Below are positions 40,773 to 51,126 of a DNA stretch of 64,000 nt, one piece after another. The position numbers and the translations under genes were made by a program. The notes beneath the pieces are model-generated. The model ran no database searches and was not told the origin of the DNA. It was given only the letters and a program-made list of their open reading frames with translations. Numbering within the stretch: position 1 is the first letter of the stretch; each line of letters opens with the position of its first letter. This DNA comes from a virus (lineage: Duplodnaviria; Caudoviricetes), in IMG/VR virus record IMGVR_UViG_3300028886_000028, positions 128,001 through 192,000 of that record; one strand, given 5' to 3'.

Positions 40773-41435
40773 ATGATGAAAAGGCAAATAAAATTAACAG
40801 AATCTGAATTTAAATCAGTTATAGAAGGAGCAGTTAGCAAATTGGTTAAAGAATATACTGATTTTGATAAACGAAAATTTTATGGCAGGGCGTCTTCAGA
40901 TGAAGATGATGATTTTAACGAGCAGCCGGCAAATAACATTGCTTCAGAAGGAAAACAGTATAAAGTGAATGAATCTCAGCTTTATTCAATTATAAAAGAG
41001 TCTGTAATGAAAATTTTGAAAGAATCAGGCGATACTCATAGATTCGGAGCAGGAAAGTATGGATTGGCTATGGATGCTGCCAGCAAAGCAAGGTCTTTAG
41101 GCAGAATTAGACAAAGTGATAATTTAAAATCATATGCAGCTGATGATTTTAATGAAAGATATGGCATGAATGGATTTGAAATGGATGAATATGGCACGTT
41201 AAGGCATAGAGGTGAAGATGGAAAAGAAAGAATGTATAGACCGTCCAGTATGATTAAAAATCTTGAAGCACAAAAAGGTTTGCAAGGAGGAAATGATAAA
41301 CTTGATAATGCTTTAAGGAATAATTCTTATATTAAAAATGCAGCTCAAATTGCAAAAGCATACCCAAGGAAAAAAATGACAAGCGGAATTGATACAATTG
41401 AAAAAGTTGATAACGGAATATATGGGAATCAATAA
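40773..41435 (+). CDS. Putative internal head protein (two LTES..IIKES-type motifs)
   Basis: IKLTESEFKSVIEGAVSKLVKE and KVNESQLYSIIKESVMKILKES. Confidence 0.5.
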   Translation: MMKRQIKLTESEFKSVIEGAVSKLVKEYTDFDKRKFYGRASSDEDDDFNEQPANNIASEGKQYKVNESQLYSIIKESVMKILKESGDTHRFGAGKYGLAMDAASKARSLGRIRQSDNLKSYAADDFNERYGMNGFEMDEYGTLRHRGEDGKERMYRPSSMIKNLEAQKGLQGGNDKLDNALRNNSYIKNAAQIAKAYPRKKMTSGIDTIEKVDNGIYGNQ

Positions 41436-41464
41436 AAGCGAGGTTAAGTAGCCTCGCTTTTTTA
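41434..41464. terminator. Terminator between convergent genes
   Basis: AAAAGCGAGGTT-AAGT-AGCCTCGCTTTT. Confidence 0.75.
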
Positions 41465-41538
41465 TATACTTTATTAAACCGCAATCGTATTTTTTATAAA
41501 ATTTCAATTTTACTCATGCAGCAAATATACAAAAAAAA

Positions 41539-42318
41539 TTAAATGTATGTTATTCTATGAACTTTTTTATCCCAATACTCAACATCATATTCAATTTTAG
41601 TCGGAGTTGTTTCATTTCCATCAGTTGATATTGAAGATGAAATTGAATCAACTTTCATTTCAAGTTCTCCGTATTTTTTTTTGTTTAAATACCCAAGACA
41701 AGCAACATAACTATCACTAGCATCGAAGTTTTCTTTCCTAAGTTCTCCTTTTTTGTCATAGACCCATTCAATATCAGGAAATAATTTTGCCACTTTATCT
41801 TGCATGACAGTTTTTTTATCGACCTCCCAACTATAGCTTCCAAATAATACAAATTTGCTATTTGTTATTTCGTTCATAATTTTTTTATATTCGTATTGTT
41901 TTCCGTCTTTTCCATATTTTCTTATTGCCATAAGTTCTGGGAAGGAGTATTTTCTTGCATCATAACTTGAAATATATTCTGGTACAATTCCTAATACATT
42001 ATAAATGCAATCAGAAATCATGCCGTTAAATCTAAGTAAAGTGCCGCAGGTATTGATATTGTTTGAGCGCAAAAGAGGCTCTTCAATTACTGCTTCATCT
42101 ATACCTATTCCTTTAAATTTCTCTATGAATTTTTCAAAAATTTGTTTTTTTAGAAATAATTGTTCTATTCCTTTTATTTTTGAAGAGACTTTTGGGCTTA
42201 TGTGAGTTAATTCAATTATTTTTCCATAATCTGAACCATCATCAAGAAGTAACGTTATGCCAATTGTTTGCGTTGATACGTCGCACCCTAGTATAATTTT
42301 ATTTCCGTTTTTATCCAT
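41539..42318 (-). CDS. RuvC-like Holliday junction resolvase
   Basis: ILGCDVSTQTIG, AVIEEP, FDASDSY acidic motifs. Confidence 0.7.
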   Translation of the reverse strand: MDKNGNKIILGCDVSTQTIGITLLLDDGSDYGKIIELTHISPKVSSKIKGIEQLFLKKQIFEKFIEKFKGIGIDEAVIEEPLLRSNNINTCGTLLRFNGMISDCIYNVLGIVPEYISSYDARKYSFPELMAIRKYGKDGKQYEYKKIMNEITNSKFVLFGSYSWEVDKKTVMQDKVAKLFPDIEWVYDKKGELRKENFDASDSYVACLGYLNKKKYGELEMKVDSISSSISTDGNETTPTKIEYDVEYWDKKVHRITYI

Positions 42319-42440
42319 GTATATTATATATTATTAATATTATTAACCGGAATATATACCGGATTTTTTTAAAAAATATATAATTTTAAATATTTTTAAA
42401 CATTAATTTAAAAAAATTACTTTTTTACATATTTTTTTTG

Positions 42441-42448
42441 TATATTTG
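42441..42448 (+). promoter_or_regulatory. Bacteroidota -7 element
   Basis: TTTTTTTGTATATTTG 17 nt before ATG 42466. Confidence 0.65.
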
Positions 42449-42465
42449 TAAAAATAATATATATT

Positions 42466-42825
42466 ATGTTTATAACCATACCTAGAGTATTAGAGAATGA
42501 TATAATGAATTTTGTTAGGTTAAACAATGTGGAAGATGTAAACAGTTTTCTTGCAAGTTGTTTACGTGATGGGTTTAATATAGCAAAATATGGTTATTCA
42601 CCACAAGATAATTTCAATAAAGAAAATAAACCATTTAAAATAGAAGAATATGGAACAGAAGAAAAAGTTGACATTGAAGGATTGGAGAAAAAAGAAACAA
42701 AGAAAAGAGGAAGGCCAAAAAAGCAGCAATCAACAGAGGAAGAAAATGTCAAATCAGTTGAAGAAAGAAAAGAAGAGCAGCAGCCAATAAAACCGAAGAA
42801 AACAATTAGAATAATTAAGAAATAA
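42466..42825 (+). CDS. Hypothetical protein with AT-hook-like KKRGRPKK
   Basis: Charged C-terminal half. Confidence 0.55.
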   Translation: MFITIPRVLENDIMNFVRLNNVEDVNSFLASCLRDGFNIAKYGYSPQDNFNKENKPFKIEEYGTEEKVDIEGLEKKETKKRGRPKKQQSTEEENVKSVEERKEEQQPIKPKKTIRIIKK

Positions 42826-42827
42826 TT

Positions 42828-45206
42828 ATGCTTAATATAAAAAATAATTCGAGAATAACTTTCCACTGGAAAGTATCTCCTTATGATTATTCAAAAGATA
42901 AAGTTAATAGTATTATTTCAAAAGCAAGTAAAAAATATGGCATACCAAAAGAGCATATAAGGGTTATTCCTGATTTTACCCTCGCTGATGAAAGTGGGTC
43001 AGAAATATCAATTAATAAAGATATTATACAAAATATTCAAGACCCAAATTTTCAAGTTAAATTATTTAAAGATTATCTCAAAATTAACAATATTGATAAT
43101 TGTGATTTTGATTTGATAAAAAAAATTGATTCAGAAATAAATGCAAAAATTGATTACCAAGTTTACGATAAATATAGGAAATATTCTATCAAGTGGATAC
43201 GATGGGATAATTTTCTGTCATATGGAACCGGCAACTATTTTGACTTTACAAATCTTAAAGACATTGTTCTATTAAGTGGAAAGCCAAGCAACCAAAGTGG
43301 TAAAACTACATTTGCTATTGATTTGCTACATTTCCTATTGTTTGGCAAAACAGAAAAAGCAGAGGTTCAAAGCAAAATTTTCAATAAACACATTCCGGAA
43401 GCAACAAATGTTATTGTTGAAGGATGTATAAATATTGATGGGGAAGATTACATAATTAAAAGAACTCTTTCAAGGCCTTCTTTAGATAAAAGAACTGAGA
43501 AAAGCAAAGTTACGCAAAAAGTAGAATACTATAAAATAGTAGGCGGTAATAAAGAAGAATTAGAAGAATATATAGACAATCAGCAGGAAGAAAACACAGC
43601 GAAAACAAATAAAGTAATAAAAGAAGCTTTAGGAAGAGAAAGTGATTTTGACCTTATAATGTCTATTACAGAGTCTAATCTTGATGCTTTAATAGGTATG
43701 AAAGAAACCGAAAGAGGCAGAATATTATCACGTTGGATAGGACTTTTGCCTATTGAGGAAAAAGATTCATTCGCTAGGGAAAAATATAATACAGAAATAA
43801 AACCTTATTTGCTATCTAACAGATATAATAGCGAAGCGTTAAAACAAGAAAAAACTGCTTATGAAATTAAAATAAAGTCCAATCAACAAGTCATAGAGGA
43901 AATAAACAAGTCAAATGCTGTTTTGGAAAAGGAAATTGAAAATCTTGAAAAAAATAAAAATGCACTTATTCAATCAAAACAAACAATAGATGAAACTTTA
44001 TTAAAAGTAGATATTTCAACTCTTAATGCAAAAATAGAAAGACTTACAAATGATGGCATTAAGAAAAAATATGAATTAGAAAAAGGAGAAAAGAGGATAA
44101 AAGAAATAGGCGATGTAGATTTTTCTGTTGAAAAATATGACAATGCAATCCAAGAGCTTTCAAATCTTAAAGAGAAAAGAGGAAGTTTACTGGCAATGCA
44201 CAATAATATAAAGCATAATTTAGAACATCTTAAAAGTAGTGAAATATGCCCGGTGTGTCATAGGAAACTTGACAATGTTGATAATAGTAAGCAAATAAAA
44301 GAAACTGAAAAAGAACTTTTGAATATTGTTGAAGAAGGCAAAAAAGTTTCAGAGAATATTTCTAAAGTTGAAAAATTAATAGTTTCAATGAAAGAAAACA
44401 GAGAACTTTATACAGAAAGGTCTAAACTTTCAATGTCAAATGCTGCTCTTGAGGTCTCAATGTCAAAATTAAGGGAAGAGTTAAGAGAATCAAGAAACGT
44501 CTTAAAAGAATATAATAAAAACAGTACAGCTATTGATAATAACAATAAATTAGATATTCAAATAAACAATAATGAAATTCATTTGAAGAATAAAAGAAAC
44601 CAGAAAGAAGTGAATTTAAAAAACATTCTTAATAAAGAAAACGAAATAAACAATTTCAAAAAAGACATTTCTGATAGGGTTGAGATTTTATCTAAAATGG
44701 ATGAAGAAGAAAAGTTGATAAGAAATTGGAAGATTTATCTTGAAATGGTAGGTAAAAACGGAATTTCAAAAATGGTATTTAGAAAAACGTTGCCTATTAT
44801 AAATGCTAAATTATCACACTTATTGAGTGATGTGTGTGATTTTGATGTTGAGGTTGGAATAAATGTTAAAAATGATGTCATGTTCTATTTGATTAAAGAT
44901 GGAGTGAAATCTGATTTGTCAAGTGGAAGTGGCTTTGAAAAAACAGCAGCATCTTTGGCATTAAGAACAGTTCTCGCAGAATTATCAACAATACCGAGAA
45001 ATTCATTTTTATTGTGTGATGAAATAACAGGTAGAGTTTCTGAAGAAAATTTGGAAAATATACATAATTTGCTTAATAAAATGTTAAAAAATTATGACCA
45101 TATATTTATAATATCACATTTAGACCAAATTAAATCATGGGCATCCAGCAATGTTATTGTTGAAAAAACAGATAATATAAGTAAAATTACTCTTATTAAA
45201 AAATAA
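42828..45206 (+). CDS. SbcC/Rad50/gp46-like ATPase with N-terminal extension
   Basis: WDNFLSYG, NQSGKTT (Walker A), coiled coil with CPVC zinc hook, SSGSGFE signature, LLCDE, IISH. Confidence 0.9.
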   Translation: MLNIKNNSRITFHWKVSPYDYSKDKVNSIISKASKKYGIPKEHIRVIPDFTLADESGSEISINKDIIQNIQDPNFQVKLFKDYLKINNIDNCDFDLIKKIDSEINAKIDYQVYDKYRKYSIKWIRWDNFLSYGTGNYFDFTNLKDIVLLSGKPSNQSGKTTFAIDLLHFLLFGKTEKAEVQSKIFNKHIPEATNVIVEGCINIDGEDYIIKRTLSRPSLDKRTEKSKVTQKVEYYKIVGGNKEELEEYIDNQQEENTAKTNKVIKEALGRESDFDLIMSITESNLDALIGMKETERGRILSRWIGLLPIEEKDSFAREKYNTEIKPYLLSNRYNSEALKQEKTAYEIKIKSNQQVIEEINKSNAVLEKEIENLEKNKNALIQSKQTIDETLLKVDISTLNAKIERLTNDGIKKKYELEKGEKRIKEIGDVDFSVEKYDNAIQELSNLKEKRGSLLAMHNNIKHNLEHLKSSEICPVCHRKLDNVDNSKQIKETEKELLNIVEEGKKVSENISKVEKLIVSMKENRELYTERSKLSMSNAALEVSMSKLREELRESRNVLKEYNKNSTAIDNNNKLDIQINNNEIHLKNKRNQKEVNLKNILNKENEINNFKKDISDRVEILSKMDEEEKLIRNWKIYLEMVGKNGISKMVFRKTLPIINAKLSHLLSDVCDFDVEVGINVKNDVMFYLIKDGVKSDLSSGSGFEKTAASLALRTVLAELSTIPRNSFLLCDEITGRVSEENLENIHNLLNKMLKNYDHIFIISHLDQIKSWASSNVIVEKTDNISKITLIKK

Positions 45207-45232
45207 TTTTTTAGAAAAAATGTTTAATTTTA

Positions 45233-45961
45233 ATGGCAAATCAATATGTTAATGATTTTAGCACCACCGTTAAAACGTATTATGACGAGTTAAAACGATA
45301 TAAACCAATATCTAGAAATAAAGAAAGAGAATTAATTTTAAGGGCAAAAATTGGTGATATTGAAGCACAAAATGAAATTCTCACATCAAATTTAAGATTT
45401 GTATTTAATGTTGCTAGTAGATATAAAGGTAATGGGGCATCAATGTCTGATTTAATATCAGAAGGAAATTTAGGACTAATTAAGGCAATACAAAAATTCG
45501 ACCCAAACAAAAATGTTAAGTTTATTTCTTATGCTGTGTGGTGGATAAGAAATGCAATGCAAGAATTTATTAAAAAAAGGCAAACATGCTTGAATATTGA
45601 AAAGGACGAAGAAGAATTAAATAGACCAGTAATGGTAACGAGCTTTCATTTTGATGAAGAAGATGAACGTGTAGTTAAGAAAGAAGTAGTTATGTCTAAT
45701 GAGGAAGAAGAAGAAAAAAGAGAAATACAAAAAAAACAAGGCATAATTATTAATAAAATCCTTTCAATTCTCTCTGATAGAGAAAGATATATAGTGGAAG
45801 ATTATTACGGCATTGATGGAAAAAAAGAAAAAAATCTTGAAGAAATAGGAAAAGTATTAGGTATAACAAAAGAACGTGTTAGACAAATTAAACAGGTGTC
45901 TTTAAATAAATTGCGTTCAGAAATATTACTTATCGAAGGAGCAGATTTTATTTTTAAATAA
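45233..45961 (+). CDS. Phage-encoded sigma-70 family factor
   Basis: DLISEGNLGLIKAIQKFDP..KFISYAVWWIR (region 2); LEEIGKVLGITKERVRQI (region 4). Confidence 0.92.
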   Translation: MANQYVNDFSTTVKTYYDELKRYKPISRNKERELILRAKIGDIEAQNEILTSNLRFVFNVASRYKGNGASMSDLISEGNLGLIKAIQKFDPNKNVKFISYAVWWIRNAMQEFIKKRQTCLNIEKDEEELNRPVMVTSFHFDEEDERVVKKEVVMSNEEEEEKREIQKKQGIIINKILSILSDRERYIVEDYYGIDGKKEKNLEEIGKVLGITKERVRQIKQVSLNKLRSEILLIEGADFIFK

Positions 45962-45985
45962 TATTTATTATAAAATATAATTATA

Positions 45986-46291
45986 ATGGCAGCAAAAAAA
46001 GAAACATCAAAGAAAAAAGATACTACTAAAAAACAAACAGTAAAAAAAATTACTAAAATGGTAGAAGAACCGATAAATCAAGTTATTGAAGAAAAAGATG
46101 ATGTAAAACAAAATGAAGAAATACCTACTGCTGATGTTGCAATAGATGAAGCAATTGCTAATACAATTGAAGAAGTTGTTGAAGCACCGGCTAAAGAAGT
46201 AGAAAAGGTTGAGAAAGGCGTTAAAAAAATAATTAAAAAGCTTAACCATAGTTTTGGTTATCTTTGGAATGGACAAATGATAGATTATTAA
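45986..46291 (+). CDS. Hypothetical protein
   Basis: Follows ATATTTAT; Lys/Glu-rich, ends GYLWNGQMIDY. Confidence 0.55.
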   Translation: MAAKKETSKKKDTTKKQTVKKITKMVEEPINQVIEEKDDVKQNEEIPTADVAIDEAIANTIEEVVEAPAKEVEKVEKGVKKIIKKLNHSFGYLWNGQMIDY

Positions 46292-46293
46292 AT

Positions 46294-46875
46294 ATGGGAA
46301 CAGATTTTACTAAGAAAATGCTTAAAACCATTAGGGAAGGAGTTGAAAAAACAAGAAAACAAACGGTCAATCCATTAATAGTTGAAACTACTATTGCTGA
46401 AGAAGACAATTTTTTGACACGTTCAAAAATATTAATGGAAGAAGCCGAGAAAAAAAATCAAAAAAAAAACTTAAATGAGGAAAAAGATTTTAATGATGAT
46501 AAACATGATAAATCTTTCCCTATAACGAAAAAAACTCCACAATTTGGTGACGTAAGAACATCACAAGAAGAATCAGTCTTGAAAACAATAGGAGAACAAG
46601 TAAAGTTTAATGATGATTCTTTATTATACTACCCGGACGCTGATGACCTTGTGCTTAATGGGGAAATCCCATCAATGAACACAACGTTTCAATTTAGATA
46701 TAATGACCCTTCAGGAGAAGGACTATACGTATGGTCTGAAGGACTACAATTAACCGATTCAAATTCAAGAACACTTGGAAAAATCAGGGATGCATATTTA
46801 AATTGGAAACAAACATTAGTAACTGATGGCGATTTGCTCGATAAGTTAAAGAAAGTTTCAGAAAGAAACAATTAA
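46294..46875 (+). CDS. Hypothetical protein
   Basis: ATG 46294 follows previous stop. Confidence 0.55.
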   Translation: MGTDFTKKMLKTIREGVEKTRKQTVNPLIVETTIAEEDNFLTRSKILMEEAEKKNQKKNLNEEKDFNDDKHDKSFPITKKTPQFGDVRTSQEESVLKTIGEQVKFNDDSLLYYPDADDLVLNGEIPSMNTTFQFRYNDPSGEGLYVWSEGLQLTDSNSRTLGKIRDAYLNWKQTLVTDGDLLDKLKKVSERNN

Positions 46876-46910
46876 GTAGGGAATTATATACCTGTTTACA
46901 ATAAACTATA

Positions 46911-46958
46911 GAATGCAGTCAGAAATGGCTGCATTTTTTGTTGCCTTAGATATTTATA
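46911..46958 (+). repeat. Cassette 5' element, copy 2
   Basis: Matches 31521-31570. Confidence 0.85.
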
Positions 46959-46990
46959 TAAAAAAATTAGATTTTAAAAAAGTAATAGCT

Positions 46991-48028
46991 ATGAAAAATT
47001 TTAAATTATTTAGTGCTCATACTGATTATGAGGCAGCTCAGAGCAGTTTAATACTACCAAATGTATCATTTTGTCTTGATACGCCAAATGAGGTACATTA
47101 TAATCCATTTGAGTGGTGTGAAGAAACTAGTATATATGAAGTAATAGGTAGTCCTTCATATCCATCTACAATAAATGGTGATATAACATCATTTGATATT
47201 GCAATTAGTTATAGAAGGACTGATACAAGTAGCTCTTGTACTGAAACTGTGACTGAAGGCACAGATACTGTTACCATTGAATGTGGTCAGAATCCAAGCA
47301 CAAGTGATACAAGGACTGTAAGTGGTACAGTTGATTATCATGGTAACGAGATTGAATATAGTGTTACTCAAAATAAGCTTAGTAATAATTCAGCAATTAC
47401 ATATTACGCAGAAAGTAAATTACTTGAGACAACTGATAGTAAATCAGATGGATTACGTACAAATGCGTTTAATGTATCAATTAAAAGCCATACATTCAGT
47501 AACGGTATAGGAACAATAACATTTAGTGGAACTTTAGGAACTATAGGTAGTTATGCTTTCCAAGGTTGTACTGGTCTTACAAGTATAGTTATACCAGATA
47601 GTGTAACAACTATTGGTTATGATGCTTTCAATAGATGTAGAAGCCTTACAAGTATAAATATACCTGATAGCGTTACAAGTATTGGTGACAATGCTTTCTA
47701 TAAATGTAGCGGCCTTACGAATATAGTTATACCTGATAGTGTTACAAGTATTGGTAGTAATGCTTTCGATAGTTGTTCTAATATGACAAGCTGTACAATA
47801 GGTAGTGGCGTAACAAGTATTAGTAATTATGCTTTCTATAATTGTAGTGGTCTTACAAGTATAACATGTAATGCAATGACAGCACCAACAGTAACATCAA
47901 ATTCATTTTACGGCGTCAAAAACGGTGGTACATTATATGTTCCTATAGGTAGCAGCGGTTATGACACTTGGATGGGAACAGGAAGTTATTACTTAGGAAG
48001 TATTAATTGGACTAAGGTAGAACAATAA
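46991..48028 (+). CDS. Leader-family modular protein: leader + BACON-like repeat + BspA-type LRRs
   Basis: Likely start MKNFKLFSAHTDY...EVHYNP at 46991; C-terminus GTLYVP.GS..YD.WMGTG.YYLG...WTKVEQ shared with 31592 gene. Confidence 0.88.
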   Translation: MKNFKLFSAHTDYEAAQSSLILPNVSFCLDTPNEVHYNPFEWCEETSIYEVIGSPSYPSTINGDITSFDIAISYRRTDTSSSCTETVTEGTDTVTIECGQNPSTSDTRTVSGTVDYHGNEIEYSVTQNKLSNNSAITYYAESKLLETTDSKSDGLRTNAFNVSIKSHTFSNGIGTITFSGTLGTIGSYAFQGCTGLTSIVIPDSVTTIGYDAFNRCRSLTSINIPDSVTSIGDNAFYKCSGLTNIVIPDSVTSIGSNAFDSCSNMTSCTIGSGVTSISNYAFYNCSGLTSITCNAMTAPTVTSNSFYGVKNGGTLYVPIGSSGYDTWMGTGSYYLGSINWTKVEQ

Positions 48029-48054
48029 TAAGCAATAAAAAGAAATAAATGTTT

Positions 48055-48080
48055 AACCCCTTTTTAAAAGGGGTTTTTTT
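48055..48080 (+). terminator. Intrinsic terminator
   Basis: AACCCCTTTT-T-AAAAGGGGTT palindrome plus T-run. Confidence 0.7.
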
Positions 48081-48114
48081 GTGTTTTAAAGATATTTATA
48101 TAAAAATATTGTAT

Positions 48115-48330
48115 ATGAATGAAAACGAGAAGAAATTACAACAAATAATAAGTGAGGAACTTAGTAAATCTGATGTCAATTCTATGATTAGTAATAAGTT
48201 AAATTCTGCTTTATCTTCTCGTGAATTTAAACAGAAGGTTAAAGAATTAAGTTCTGAGGTTGTAAGTGAATTATTTAAAATATTATGGCAGAGAAATAAT
48301 TTCTGGAAATCAAGTGTATCAAGAGCATAA
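48115..48330 (+). CDS. Small hypothetical protein
   Basis: ATG 48115 after GATATTTATA; KKLQQIISEEL. Confidence 0.55.
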   Translation: MNENEKKLQQIISEELSKSDVNSMISNKLNSALSSREFKQKVKELSSEVVSELFKILWQRNNFWKSSVSRA

Positions 48331-49157
48331 TGAAAATATATATAAATGAAAATAAATTGGTTCTTATAAAAGAAAGTGAGGATGAAAACGTTACATTTTT
48401 CAAATTTTTCACTGAGGTTAAGAATTTTATAAAGGATTTGCTTGATGACCCAATAGGCGCTAAACCAAGTGATTTTTTTGAAAAACATGGTATAAGCAAG
48501 AAAAGCCTTTTGAATAAAATGATGGATAAAGACATCATTACTAAAAAAGAAAATATTGATGAGCCTAATGATGCAGATGGAAAAATGAAGTCGAGGCATT
48601 ATTTACAATACAAAGTGCCAAGAAAAAATTTTGAGCAAAAAATAAAAAGGCTTTATAGTTACTATTTTGAAAACGAAAAGAGAAAAGAAAAAATAGACGA
48701 ATCCTTTGATAATATAGTAAGGCCTCAAAAATATGATTCTGTTGCAGTATATATATTTTGCAAAGATAATAAAGGTATTACATATGTATTAGGAGGAAAA
48801 AGGAGAGGAAGCAATAATGGAGGGTTATATAATGTTCCAACAGGGCAAGTTGGAGATAAAATATTCGATGAAACAGTAGAAGATGCTGCTGTAAGAGAAG
48901 TAAGAGAAGAAAGTGGATTATTTATTGACAAATCGTTATTAAACGATATTGGCGATGAAGAATATTCTAGCCGTTATGGAATTTGCCTTGGTAAGAATTA
49001 TATGGTAGTTTTAAATGGTACTATAGATAATAATAAACCTTCAAAAGGTGATGGTGAAAATGAACCATTCCAGTGGATTCCAATAGAAGCAGTTGGTTGC
49101 ATTGGATGGGCATTTGGGCAAGATAAAAATATATATAATATAATAAATTCATTATGA
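48330..49157 (+). CDS. Two-domain protein with C-terminal NUDIX hydrolase
   Basis: PTGQV...ETVEDAAVREVREESGL Nudix box; N-terminus MKIYINENKLVLIKES. Confidence 0.75.
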   Translation: MKIYINENKLVLIKESEDENVTFFKFFTEVKNFIKDLLDDPIGAKPSDFFEKHGISKKSLLNKMMDKDIITKKENIDEPNDADGKMKSRHYLQYKVPRKNFEQKIKRLYSYYFENEKRKEKIDESFDNIVRPQKYDSVAVYIFCKDNKGITYVLGGKRRGSNNGGLYNVPTGQVGDKIFDETVEDAAVREVREESGLFIDKSLLNDIGDEEYSSRYGICLGKNYMVVLNGTIDNNKPSKGDGENEPFQWIPIEAVGCIGWAFGQDKNIYNIINSL

Positions 49158-49807
49158 AGCAAATAATTAGATTAACAGAATCAGATTTACATAACATTAT
49201 AAAAAAATCTGTAAACAAAATATTAAAAGAAGCACATGGTGAGCCTGATGAATCTACTGCTTTGATTTATGACGGTATAATAGAAGATTACAAGGCTCAA
49301 GAAATTGCTGATGAACAAGGCATTTCAGAGGAAGAGGCTGCTGCTGAATGGTTTAAGGATGTTGCAGAGGATGGTAATTTCGAGGAAAACAGTATGCCAA
49401 TTCATAGAAAATATGTAATGGATATACCTGAAGCAGGCGCAGAAATGTATTATGATTATGGTGCAGGCTATTATTTTCTCGTTAAGCAAGAACGTATAGA
49501 TATGCCTGGTTTTGAAGGTACTTGGGATGCATTGGATAGTTTAACAAATCCATTTAACGAAAGTGTATTGAGAGAGGAAAATGGTGGTGGAGCTCCAAAT
49601 TGCGCAAGTGTAATGCAAACTGGTAGTGGTAAATCTCCATTGGGAACTAATCCTGAAGCCGGGCAATATACGGTAGCTTTTGGCGCTGATAAAGATACTT
49701 CTGATAGGCATGGAGGTTTTTCAGTTGATGGAAAAGCAAAATGGAATTCAAATCCCGGAAATGTTCAAAGAAGGCAAATTTATAATCCAAAAAGTGGAAA
49801 GAAATAA
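49154..49807 (+). CDS. Putative internal head protein (LTESDLHNIIKKSV motif)
   Basis: N-terminal motif shared with 40773 and 59897 genes. Confidence 0.5.
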   Translation: MKQIIRLTESDLHNIIKKSVNKILKEAHGEPDESTALIYDGIIEDYKAQEIADEQGISEEEAAAEWFKDVAEDGNFEENSMPIHRKYVMDIPEAGAEMYYDYGAGYYFLVKQERIDMPGFEGTWDALDSLTNPFNESVLREENGGGAPNCASVMQTGSGKSPLGTNPEAGQYTVAFGADKDTSDRHGGFSVDGKAKWNSNPGNVQRRQIYNPKSGKK

Positions 49808-49980
49808 TGATAGATTATTATAATGAAAAGGGTTATTTTGACGAAAAAAAAGTCATAAATGCTGTGAAGGAAATAGATGAAAAATTGAAAACTGAAACTG
49901 ATAAAGGAAAAAGAACACAGTTAATGTTTGAACAAATGCTTCGCGGGTTGTATTTAACTCAAGTACAAGAATATTTATAA
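49807..49980 (+). CDS. Small hypothetical protein (57 aa, not in ORF track)
   Basis: TAATG coupling; fills the gap exactly. Confidence 0.55.
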   Translation: MIDYYNEKGYFDEKKVINAVKEIDEKLKTETDKGKRTQLMFEQMLRGLYLTQVQEYL

Positions 49981-49982
49981 TT

Positions 49983-50237
49983 ATGAAAATATCTGAAAAT
50001 AAATTAAAAAAAATAGTAAGAGAATCAATTGATAATGTAATGGATGAATCAGTTGATGAAAATGCTATAATTGATAAAATTGGTGTTGAAGTAGAGCCAT
50101 TGTATAAAACTCTTGTTAAATTGTCTTATATATATGAAGAATATGCTAATAACAATAGTTTTCTAGGCTCTGTTGTTAAAGATGTAATTGAAGCCAAGGA
50201 TAGATTAGAGCATTTAATATACATAGTTAAGCATTAA
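49983..50237 (+). CDS. Small protein with ISENKLKKIVRES motif
   Basis: Variant of shared N-terminal motif. Confidence 0.5.
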   Translation: MKISENKLKKIVRESIDNVMDESVDENAIIDKIGVEVEPLYKTLVKLSYIYEEYANNNSFLGSVVKDVIEAKDRLEHLIYIVKH

Positions 50238-50263
50238 TTATTTTATATAAAAACAAATCATAT

Positions 50264-51094
50264 ATGAATAGAACGTATAATGTAGGCGAATTGAGAGCAA
50301 TTATCAAGGAAAGAGTAGAGGCAAAAAACGAGTTTGAACCAGTTTTTGGAGAAAATGTACCAAAGGATAATAAAAAAATCAACGACCAGGCCTATAATGA
50401 CATTAAGAAAGAGACTGAAGCGTATGATGGAGGTTTGGGAGCAAAGAATAAAAAGGGAAATGCTGTCACACCTGCTAATAACAGAGGTATGTCTGACCTT
50501 GATTATGATTCAATTTCAAAGCCGTTTAAGGACAGGGTAAAAGCTCAGATTAAAGGTTATCCTTCAGCAGAGAATGAAAAACTTCATAAAGAGGATAAAG
50601 AATTTGGTAATGCTTACTATGATTCAAATGAATTAAGTAAAGATATTGCCGACCATGCTAAAGAAGCCAAAAAAGAAAAAGATAAGAGTAAAACAGATGG
50701 TTTGGTTAGCAGCAAATATAAAGATGAGACAAAAAATAACAGTGACACCATGTTTGAATCAAAGAAAATTAGCAAAATCCAATTTAAGCACACTCAGTTC
50801 CTTTCAGAAGGCCACATGCTTTCAAAAGTGCCTGACGAATTTAAGGTAGAAGGAAAAAGATTTATCATGAAAGATACTGCTGATAATGAGTATCTTGTAG
50901 AATGGACTAATAAACAGCCTAATGTTACGAAAAAGTTAAATAAAACGCTTGTAAACGAAGAAATGAATAGAATTAAAGCTCTTTATGGCTATAAGAGCAA
51001 AGACTATTTCACAACAACTAATTCACAATCAAGAATGAATGAGAATAAAGAGTTTTCTGATATGATTAATAAGGCTAGAAAGTTAATGAAATAA
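50264..51094 (+). CDS. Hypothetical charged protein, possible head/scaffold component
   Basis: LVNEEMNRIKALYGY and multiple x-x-E-S/N sites. Confidence 0.45.
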   Translation: MNRTYNVGELRAIIKERVEAKNEFEPVFGENVPKDNKKINDQAYNDIKKETEAYDGGLGAKNKKGNAVTPANNRGMSDLDYDSISKPFKDRVKAQIKGYPSAENEKLHKEDKEFGNAYYDSNELSKDIADHAKEAKKEKDKSKTDGLVSSKYKDETKNNSDTMFESKKISKIQFKHTQFLSEGHMLSKVPDEFKVEGKRFIMKDTADNEYLVEWTNKQPNVTKKLNKTLVNEEMNRIKALYGYKSKDYFTTTNSQSRMNENKEFSDMINKARKLMK

Positions 51095-51126
51095 TAAACC
51101 CTTATAAAAGTATTTGAAAATTAAAA

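Noticed and set aside
46913-46990. ORF-track upstream starts at 46913 (also 48049, 58283, 40415, 46264, 55231)
   Set aside because: They run through terminators, promoters or upstream genes; downstream ATGs match paralogs or operon coupling
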